A stretch of 12,264 nucleotides of DNA from Candidatus Omnitrophota bacterium (GTDB lineage: Bacteria; Omnitrophota; Omnitrophia; Omnitrophales; Aquincolibacteriaceae). The notes beneath the pieces were generated by a model. It searched no databases. It worked only from the letters and a program-made list of their open reading frames with translations, and was not told the DNA's origin. The stretch is from positions 1 to 12,264 of the forward strand of contig JAZDJU010000074.1 in the NCBI GenBank assembly GCA_043803685.1, written 5' to 3'. The translations under genes were made by a program, and so were the position numbers. Numbering within the stretch: position 1 is the first letter of the stretch; each line of letters opens with the position of its first letter. Below, piece after piece: positions 1-6,016 of this stretch.

Positions 1-1
1 C

Positions 2-121
2 CTGGAAGGCTTTTATTCCCGCTTAAAATCCAACTACCAGAGGCATCGCGGCTTATCGAAACAACACAGATTGAGCTACCTTAATTGGTATTGTTACTTC
101 CAAAATAGCAACACTTTTTGA
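2..121 (+). mobile_element. 3' end of a probable transposase (IS256-like DDE), truncated by the window edge
   Basis: Frame from base 2 reads LEGFYSRLKSNYQRHRGLSKQHRLSYLNWYCYFQNSNTF*. The E-G-x-x-S-R-L-K...H-R-G-L pattern resembles DDE transposase C-termini (recognised from memory, no search run). AT-rich relative to neighbouring genes. Confidence 0.6.
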
Positions 122-131
122 CTATTACACC
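109..131. mobile_element. Putative right terminal inverted repeat of the IS
   Basis: CAACACTTTTTGACTATTACACC overlaps the ORF stop; the reverse complement begins GGTGTAATAGTCAAAAAGTG (GG-type end). The partner end lies outside the window. Confidence 0.4.
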
Positions 132-163
132 CGCAATGACATGAGGGTCTGGAGCGATGAAGA

Positions 164-1315
164 TCAACGCCAGTGGGTCCGGCGTTTGAAGAGGGCCATC
201 TGGAGAGCGTCAACGAGGATGGCCGTGAAGACGAGCGCCGCGAGCGGGTGAAGAAAAGCGAAGCGTTTTCTGGCTCTGACGATCGCGTAGGCCGTGGCCG
301 CGGTGGCGAAAATAATAACAAGGATCAAGACGCAAAGAAGTAGAGAGACGACGCCGTGGCGCGGCAGCGCGGCAAGCGCCAGGAACGGGAGCACCGAAAA
401 GACGAAGACGCTCATGACGCATTTCAGGAGCGCTGCTGGTTTTTGTTCGAACGCGTGGAGGAAGATCCTCCGCCAGCCGCGCCAGATCGAGTCAAAGGAT
501 TCGTACATCCGGGTACCGTAGAGCTCCATGCCGAAGGCGCACATGCCCCGCGCGCCTGTCTCCTTGGTTTTTTTCATGAGCGCAAAGTCTTCGAGAAATG
601 CCTCTCTCACACCGTCATGGCCACTGATCTTCCGGTAGTGGTCCGCTTTGAGGAGCAGGTATTGGCCGTTGCCGAAATACACTTCAGATCTTGGGTCATT
701 GATCTTCTGGACGGGGAACCAGAGTCCCATATATCCCATGGCGCAGGGTTGGACCAACTCTTCCCAAAATCCGTGAGCGAGACAGCGAGGGAGGAGCGTT
801 AAAAGATCGAGCTTCTTTTCTTCCGCGAAGGAAAGCGCGGCGTCGAGGCTACCGGGTTCGTGGCGCGTGTCGGCGTCAGTGAAGAGGAACCAATCGCCCG
901 TGGCGTGCCGGACGCCGAGGTCGAGCGCGTAGTTCTTGCCCGTCCAACCCTCCGGAGTTTTCGGGGTATTCAGATATCCGAAAAAGGGGTCTGACCCCTT
1001 TTTGCCATCCGGGATCTCCACGGCGCCCAGTTCCTTCAGGATCGCTTCTGTCCTGTCCTCCGAACAGTTATTGATGACGATCAACTCGTCGCCCTTGCGA
1101 AGCTGGCACAGGAAAGGCTTCACACAGTCCGCGATGTTCTTCTCTTCGTTCTTGGCGGGGATGAGGATCGAGACTTTTCCCAGTCGCCGCGCGTTTCCTG
1201 TGAGTTCCAAGGTAGGCGCCTGTTTCAATTCGGAGAGTGATCGCCAGCTGCGATAGACCCACCCCGCGAGGATGAAAAGGAGGAAAAACAAGAGAGCATT
1301 CGAGGTGGTTTCCAT
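164..1315 (-). CDS. Membrane-associated family 2 glycosyltransferase (CrtQ/CruC/HpnB-like carotenoid or hopanoid GT subfamily)
   Basis: N-terminal TM, VSILIPAKNEE, GWTGKNYA, FTDADT (DxD), NGQYLL, LEDFAL, RMY..W.GW, C-terminal TM helices. Start placed at ATG 1315 because the ORF-track ATGs at 1330/1327 lie inside a -10 box. Confidence 0.85.
   Translation of the reverse strand: METTSNALLFFLLFILAGWVYRSWRSLSELKQAPTLELTGNARRLGKVSILIPAKNEEKNIADCVKPFLCQLRKGDELIVINNCSEDRTEAILKELGAVEIPDGKKGSDPFFGYLNTPKTPEGWTGKNYALDLGVRHATGDWFLFTDADTRHEPGSLDAALSFAEEKKLDLLTLLPRCLAHGFWEELVQPCAMGYMGLWFPVQKINDPRSEVYFGNGQYLLLKADHYRKISGHDGVREAFLEDFALMKKTKETGARGMCAFGMELYGTRMYESFDSIWRGWRRIFLHAFEQKPAALLKCVMSVFVFSVLPFLALAALPRHGVVSLLLCVLILVIIFATAATAYAIVRARKRFAFLHPLAALVFTAILVDALQMALFKRRTHWR
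981..1003. repeat. REP-like palindrome, copy 1, in frame inside the GT gene
   Basis: AAAAAGGGGTC-T-GACCCCTTTTT, perfect 11-bp arms; translated as KKGSDPFF. Confidence 0.9.
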
Positions 1316-1325
1316 AAGAGAGGGC

Positions 1326-1353
1326 ATCATAACAAAAGACCCAGACCGGTCAA
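1326..1353 (-). promoter_or_regulatory. sigma70-type promoter of the GT gene
   Basis: Minus strand TTGACC-N16-TATGAT with an extended -10 (TGT-TATGAT), 10 nt before ATG 1315. Confidence 0.6.
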
Positions 1354-1372
1354 GGCAAATTGAAGAGAACCC

Positions 1373-1400
1373 ATAGCCGATAGCTTATAGCTGAAAGCTC
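1373..1400. repeat. Degenerate heptamer tandem repeat
   Basis: ATAGCCG ATAGCTT ATAGCTG AAAGCTC. Confidence 0.7.
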
Positions 1401-1507
1401 TGGAACGGCGGAAGAGCGGGGCGTATACTTAGTCGCGCGAAGGGGGCAGGCGCCGCGCGGCACCTGACTCCCTTGAATGAAACGAGGGACAGGGCATGGC
1501 AAATAAT

Positions 1508-1524
1508 GGGGTCAGACCCCTTTT
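1508..1524. repeat. REP-like palindrome, copy 2 (intergenic)
   Basis: GGGGTC-A-GACCCC followed by TTTT; same core as 981, 4998 and 10524 in the opposite orientation. Confidence 0.85.
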
Positions 1525-1539
1525 CGCAGGAAATGACAC

Positions 1540-1568
1540 AAGCGGGCCCACGCCCGCTTTTTTCTTTT
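1540..1568 (+). terminator. Intrinsic terminator-like hairpin
   Basis: AAGCGGGC-CCAC-GCCCGCTT followed by TTTTCTTTT. Confidence 0.65.
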
Positions 1569-1574
1569 AATTCT

Positions 1575-1669
1575 GGGGACACATCACTTAATTAGCGCTT
1601 AATCGGGTAAGAAACGAAAAGGGTTTTGAGATGAAAAGACAAATGATCGCTGGTGTTTTTCTGGCTCTG
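1575..1669 (+). repeat. Direct repeat copy A: upstream region plus start of signal-peptide coding sequence
   Basis: Blocks identical to copy B: ACATCACTTAATTAGCGCTTAATCGGG (1581-1607), TAAGAAACGAAAAGGGTTTT (1608-1627), ATGAAAAGACAAATGATC (1631-1648), GGTGTTTTTCT (1652-1662). Confidence 0.95.
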
Positions 1670-4228
1670 CTGCTTGTAGCACCGGTTATGTTGTTGGCCG
1701 AGAGCTCTGATGCGAAATCCTCCTCCGTTCTTCCCGAAGTAGATTCGACGAGTTCGGCAAGCTCACCGCAGGCAGGCTCACTTCCCCAGGTTCAAGCTCA
1801 TGATCCATTGCCGGCGGCTTCCTTCCCGGCTCAGGCGGGGAGTCGTGAAATGGAGCATGTTTTGGTGCTCCACTCGTACCAGAAAGGGCTCACCTGGACC
1901 GACAGCGAGGACTACGGAATCCGATTAGCGCTCAAGAGACGCGCGGAGACCCTTGAGGTGCATACCGAATACCTGGACACCAAGACTATCTCTGGCGAGG
2001 AGTATTCTCGAAAGCTCTCTGAGCTTATGGCGCATAAATATGCGTCGATGGGTCTCAAGGTTGTTATCGCGACGGATGATGACGCCTATAAGTTTTATCT
2101 CAAGTATCAAAAGACCCTTTTCCCAGGGGTCCCTGTGGTGTTTTGCGGCGTCAACTACTTCAAGGACTCGCAGAGGGAAGGCAACGAGGACCTTGTGACC
2201 GGTGTTGTCGAGGCGTTTGATATCCTGAGCACGCTTCGTAAGGCTCTTGAGTTGCATCCCCGTGCCTCGCGAGTGATCGTGATCAACGATAAAACCACGA
2301 CCGGCATTGCGAACAAAAAAGTCATCACCGAAGAGGTCGCCCCGCAATTTGCCGGGAAAGTCGAATTCGTATTTTATGAAGATCTCACCATGCAAGAGCT
2401 GCTCGAAAAAGTGCAGACCGTTTCGCCCAACAACATTATTCTGCTGATGACCTTCAACAAGGACCGGGACGGCAAGGTATTCAATTATGACCAGAGTATT
2501 TCTCTCATTGCCGGGGCCGCCAGGGCGCCGCTCTACGGGGTCTGGGATTTTTATCTCGGCAAGGGGATCCTCGGGGGCATGCTGACAAGCGGTGTGGACC
2601 AGGGGAGGATGGCGGGCGAGATGGCCCTGCGCATTCTGGACGGAGAAAAGGTCCGGGCCATTCCTGTCGTCAAAGAAAGCCCCAACCGCTACAAATTCGA
2701 CTATCAACCCCTGAAACGTTTTGGCATCCCTACTTCGAAACTGCCGCTGGGCAGCATGGTCATCAACGAGCCGGCTTCCTTTTACTCCCAGTACAAGGGC
2801 CTGGTGTGGGGAGGCGTATTCAGCTTTCTGGGAATGAGCCTGATCATCCTGTTGCTCCTTCGGGTGATCGCGGGGCGCAAGAATGCGGAGAAAGAACTGC
2901 GAGAGAGTGAGTCGAAATACCGGCGCTTTATTGACACGGCCTACGAAGGCATCTGGATGTTGGGGCCGGATTTGATGACGACCTATGTCAACGAGCGCAT
3001 GGTCGGGATGATCGGTTATTCCGCCGAGCAGTTGCTGGGCCGGCCGTTTACGGACTTTCTGTTCGAGGAGGACGTGCCCGAGCACCACGCGAGGATGGAG
3101 AAACGCCGGCAGGGAATATCGGAAAGCTATGATCTGCGGATACGCCATAAAAATGGAAAGACAGTATGGGCTCATCTTTCCGCCACGGTTATCTTTGATG
3201 AGAAGCATTGCTTCCAGGGCGCCTTTGCGATGTTCACCGATATCACAGAGCGCAAGAAATCGGAGGAGTTGCTTCATCGCTTGAATCGGGAGCTGCGGGC
3301 TATCAGTGGTTGTGATCAGGTTTTGGTGCGCGCTGAAGACGAACAAGCACTGCTCAAAGAAATTTGCCGTATCATCTGCAACGAGGCCGGCTACCGGATG
3401 GCTTGGGTGGGCTATGCCGAAAATGATGACGCTAAAACCATTCGTCCTGCGGCCTGGGCTGGAGTCGAAAGCGGACATATTCCGAGTGATAATTTAAGTT
3501 GGGCAGAGGATGTGGAACAGGGGCGCGGACTCGCCGGCAGGGTTATTCGAAGCGGAGAGATGCTCTGCGTCCAGGATTTTACGACGGATCCACAAATGGT
3601 TCCATGGCGTCAAGCTGCTTTGCAACTGGGTTATCGCTCCGGGATAGCGTTACCGCTTAAAGCTGAGAGCGGAAGAACATTTGGCGTTCTTCTGATTTGC
3701 TCCAAAGAGATCAATGCCATCACCCCGGATGAAATACGCCTTTTGGGTGAGTTGGCGGGTGATTTGGCTTTTGGTATCGTTTCGTTACGTGCTCGCGTCG
3801 AACACAAACGCGCGGAGGAGGCGGTGAGAGAAGCCCATATGCTTCTGGCGCAGTCGTCGAGATTCACCGAGGCGTTGCTTTCAGCGATGCCCATCCCTGT
3901 GTTCTACAAAGACAGGGAAGGCCGGTATCTGAGTTGCAACCGTGCTTTCACCGAACTTATGGGCGTCACGTCCGGGGAGATAAAAGGAAAAACAGTTTAC
4001 GAGATCTGGCCCGGCGAGCTCGCCCAAGTATACCATTCCAAAGACCTGGAGTTGATGAGCCATCCCGCCCGGCAGGTTTACGATTTCAAAGTACAGGATA
4101 AAGACGGGGTGATCCGTCCGGTCATTTATGTTAAGGATGTCATTCGCAATGCGGACAATCAAGTGACGGGAATCGTCGGCGCCTTTCTGGATATCACTGA
4201 ACGCAAGCCCGCGGAAGAGCCGTTGTAG
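1631..4228 (+). CDS. Membrane sensor: signal peptide, periplasmic ABC-substrate-binding-like domain, TM, PAS, GAF, PAS; no output domain (possibly a truncated histidine kinase)
   Basis: Hydrophobic N-terminus; VLVLHSY..., APLYGVWDFYLGKGILGG, QGRMAGEMALRILDG; TM at ~2800-2872; two PAS/PAC units ending DITERK; GAF with YRMAWVG and YRSGIALPL. Ends DITERKPAEEPL*. Confidence 0.85.
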   Translation: MKRQMIAGVFLALLLVAPVMLLAESSDAKSSSVLPEVDSTSSASSPQAGSLPQVQAHDPLPAASFPAQAGSREMEHVLVLHSYQKGLTWTDSEDYGIRLALKRRAETLEVHTEYLDTKTISGEEYSRKLSELMAHKYASMGLKVVIATDDDAYKFYLKYQKTLFPGVPVVFCGVNYFKDSQREGNEDLVTGVVEAFDILSTLRKALELHPRASRVIVINDKTTTGIANKKVITEEVAPQFAGKVEFVFYEDLTMQELLEKVQTVSPNNIILLMTFNKDRDGKVFNYDQSISLIAGAARAPLYGVWDFYLGKGILGGMLTSGVDQGRMAGEMALRILDGEKVRAIPVVKESPNRYKFDYQPLKRFGIPTSKLPLGSMVINEPASFYSQYKGLVWGGVFSFLGMSLIILLLLRVIAGRKNAEKELRESESKYRRFIDTAYEGIWMLGPDLMTTYVNERMVGMIGYSAEQLLGRPFTDFLFEEDVPEHHARMEKRRQGISESYDLRIRHKNGKTVWAHLSATVIFDEKHCFQGAFAMFTDITERKKSEELLHRLNRELRAISGCDQVLVRAEDEQALLKEICRIICNEAGYRMAWVGYAENDDAKTIRPAAWAGVESGHIPSDNLSWAEDVEQGRGLAGRVIRSGEMLCVQDFTTDPQMVPWRQAALQLGYRSGIALPLKAESGRTFGVLLICSKEINAITPDEIRLLGELAGDLAFGIVSLRARVEHKRAEEAVREAHMLLAQSSRFTEALLSAMPIPVFYKDREGRYLSCNRAFTELMGVTSGEIKGKTVYEIWPGELAQVYHSKDLELMSHPARQVYDFKVQDKDGVIRPVIYVKDVIRNADNQVTGIVGAFLDITERKPAEEPL

Positions 4229-4290
4229 TCCGGGGCGCCCCAGTTCAGTTCGTGGGACCCTCTCGCGTTAAATCTACGCAAGGCGCATTC

Positions 4291-4415
4291 GGGGGACATC
4301 ACTTAATTAGCGCTTAATCGGGGAATCCGTTGTGCATCTCGTAGGTGAACAGGGTAAGAAACGAAAAGGGTTTTAGATGAAAAGACAAATGATCATGGGT
4401 GTTTTTCTTGTTCTG
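4291..4415 (+). repeat. Direct repeat copy B (32 bp longer than copy A)
   Basis: Same blocks at 4296-4322, 4355-4374, 4377-4394 and 4398-4408; extra segment 4323-4354 ends in GGG, matching the GGG before it. Confidence 0.95.
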
Positions 4416-5624
4416 ATAGTTGGGGTGCCAGGAATGCTCACGGCTGAAACGACCGCGGCGCCTGTTCCCAATCCCACAGGGACGGCTGAAGAGCGCCGTG
4501 AACAGGCGCGGCACAGTGACGCTTTAGGAAAAGCGTCTACTGTGTCCGTGGGACAATCGTCTACTGCGACCGTAACGACTTATGATCAATTGGTGGCGGC
4601 GATCCGAAAGGCGAGGGCGGCGAGTCAGGCGCGGGTGGAGCAGGCAGTGGCGCAGGAGAAGGTGCGCGAGTGCTGGGAGACCGGTAAGCTCATTGACGAG
4701 CACGTGCTTCAGCATAAAGAGAGAGCGGATTATGGAAAGCAGGTGATCCTGAGATTGTCCCAAGACTTGTCCATCAGTGATTCCGAGTTGTACTACATGC
4801 TTGAGTTCGCTCGCACCTACCCAATTTCCCAGCCCGCTGGAAAATTGAGTTGGAGTCACTATGTGGAGCTTCTTTCGCTTAAGGATGTGGAGGAGCAAGT
4901 TGCTGTCGCGGACATGGCTGAAAAAGGGAATTGGACACGCGACCAAATCCGCGAAGAAATAAAAAAGCGGAAAGCGGCGCGAGGGCTCACCGGAACAGAA
5001 AAGGGGTCTGACCCCTTTTCCGCGGAGAAGAAACTCACTGCGAAGCTGGGGAAGGTCGGGACTTACAGGATGGTCAAGGCGACCGTGGGCCCCGAGACCG
5101 GGAAGGTTGTGATCGATCTCGGGTTCTCGAACTATTACCGGACGTCGCGGCCGCTAGGGTTCAAGGAAGGGGCGATCATCGAAGCGCTGTTCGCGCTTCC
5201 GGAAGGCTCGTCACCCTCGGACAAGATCAAACTTTCGAAGCGGACCTCCGCCGATCTTTATACCTACCGCGCCTACGTCCACAGGGTTCTCGACGGTGAC
5301 ACGATCGAAGCCGTCATTGATCTTGGGTTCGGCGTCCGGAGTGTGCAGACTCTGCGCCTGCGAGGCATTGACGCGCCGGAGATGGTGAGCAAAGAGGGGA
5401 AGGAAGCGAAGGCATTCTTAGAAAAAGAATTAAGAATCACAGAAGCAGAGAAGCAAGAAAAATCTCTGCCTCTTGCCTCTGACCTCTCAGCTTCTCCCGT
5501 TCTTATTCGTACTGTGAAGTCAGACAAGTACGACCGCTACCTGGCAGATGTTTTCATGGATGGTCTTTGTCTGAATCAGGCGTTGGTGGAGAAGGGGCTT
5601 GCGGTTCGTGTACGCGATAATTAG
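4377..5624 (+). CDS. Signal peptide + DUF1016 (YhcG) N-terminal domain + thermonuclease (SNase-like) fusion
   Basis: DUF1016_N-like at ~4578-4965 (YDQLVAAIRK, WETGKLI, RADYGKQVILRLSQDL, LSWSHYVELL, NWTRDQIREEI). SNase at ~5260-5620 (RVLDGDTI, LRLRGIDAPE, DKYDRYLADV, LNQALVEKGLA). Confidence 0.85.
   Translation: MKRQMIMGVFLVLIVGVPGMLTAETTAAPVPNPTGTAEERREQARHSDALGKASTVSVGQSSTATVTTYDQLVAAIRKARAASQARVEQAVAQEKVRECWETGKLIDEHVLQHKERADYGKQVILRLSQDLSISDSELYYMLEFARTYPISQPAGKLSWSHYVELLSLKDVEEQVAVADMAEKGNWTRDQIREEIKKRKAARGLTGTEKGSDPFSAEKKLTAKLGKVGTYRMVKATVGPETGKVVIDLGFSNYYRTSRPLGFKEGAIIEALFALPEGSSPSDKIKLSKRTSADLYTYRAYVHRVLDGDTIEAVIDLGFGVRSVQTLRLRGIDAPEMVSKEGKEAKAFLEKELRITEAEKQEKSLPLASDLSASPVLIRTVKSDKYDRYLADVFMDGLCLNQALVEKGLAVRVRDN
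4998..5020. repeat. REP-like palindrome, copy 3, in frame in the inter-domain linker
   Basis: GAAAAGGGGTC-T-GACCCCTTTTC, perfect arms; translated as EKGSDPFS. Confidence 0.9.
5441..5495. repeat. Imperfect inverted/heptamer repeat in frame in the SNase domain
   Basis: Arms AGAAGCAGAGA...TCTCAGCTTCT; units TCTGCC TCTTGCC TCTGACC TCTCAGC; encodes EAEKQEKSLPLASDLSAS. Confidence 0.6.
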
Positions 5625-5647
5625 CGTACGGCGTACGGAGTACGGCG
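5624..5647. repeat. Heptamer tandem repeat at the nuclease stop codon
   Basis: GCGTACG GCGTACG GAGTACG GCG. Confidence 0.75.
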
Positions 5648-5767
5648 AAAAGGGGACAGGGGCGATTTTAAAAATCCTTCTCAGTCCACCATTCCAAGAC
5701 CGGGTTCTAGAACCGGGTCTTGGAATCGGGTAAGAGCCAGCCCCTGAAAAGTAGCCTGTCCCCTTTT
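5648..5767. repeat. MITE/REPIN-like element with 13-bp terminal inverted repeats and a central 36-bp palindrome
   Basis: AAAAGGGGACAGG (5648-5660) and CCTGTCCCCTTTT (5755-5767); centre ATTCCAAGACCGGGTTCTAGAACCGGGTCTTGGAAT (5691-5726, one mismatched pair). Confidence 0.75.
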
Positions 5768-5783
5768 TCAATTCCGACGTCAA

Positions 5784-5812
5784 TTGACCCTGCTAGCGAA
5801 CTAACATATAAT
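5784..5812 (+). promoter_or_regulatory. sigma70 promoter of the lysS operon
   Basis: TTGACC-N17-TATAAT. Confidence 0.8.
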
Positions 5813-5818
5813 GCGCCC

Positions 5819-6016
5819 TAACATGTTTTTATCATTTCAGTTAGGGCCATCCTGCCCTGGCCTTTTTGATTTTTAAATTAAGGGTGGTCAGGGCTGCACT
5901 TGCAACCTATGAATCTTAACAAATGCAAGTGCTGAAGTGAGCCCAGAGGGGCGAACAAAGGGTCTCTTTAATTTCCGTCTTAAATCATTCAGTAACAAGG
6001 CATAAGGACAACATCA
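5819..6016 (+). ncRNA. Candidate structured 5' leader or ncRNA upstream of lysS (family unassigned)
   Basis: Hand-folded stems: 5832-5839/5933-5940, 5854-5871/5876-5894 (several G-U pairs) and 5896-5904/5924-5932 (perfect 9 bp). Confidence 0.4.

Noticed and set aside
1385..1582. Small ORFs 1385-1582, 5520-5783 and 10506-10700 containing KGSDP/KGTG peptides
   Set aside because: They are translations of repeat-containing non-coding or antisense DNA with no other coding evidence.
1925..3478. 517-aa antisense ORF, and other long antisense ORFs (8036-8953, 9467-10309, 11312-12058, 6374-6958)
   Set aside because: They shadow well-supported genes on the opposite strand, have no recognisable motifs and are expected from codon bias in GC-rich genes.
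5724..5735. AATCGGGTAAGA, identical to 1601-1612
   Set aside because: A single 12-bp match is expected by chance within 12 kb and it does not extend.
981..5767. CRISPR array, DGR or integron interpretation of the repeats
   Set aside because: No regular repeat-spacer periodicity, no cas, reverse transcriptase or integrase gene, differences between the leader copies are not adenine-specific, and no attC RYYYAAC/GTTRRRY ends were seen on these elements.
5823..5876. 17-codon uORF MFLSFQLGPSCPGLFDF in the lysS leader
   Set aside because: No Lys codons and no SD; no support as an attenuator peptide.
5875..5895. AATTAAGGGTGGTC resembles the T-box motif AANNAGGGTGGTACC
   Set aside because: The ACC continuation is missing, there is no room for stem I after the TSS, and no terminator follows.
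5896..5935. GCACT...AGTGCT resembling CIRCE
   Set aside because: The spacer is far longer than 9 bp and the arms do not match TTAGCACTC.
5945..5960. AGAGGGGCG resembling the start of a lysine riboswitch
   Set aside because: Only ~65 nt remain before the ATG and the other conserved elements are absent.
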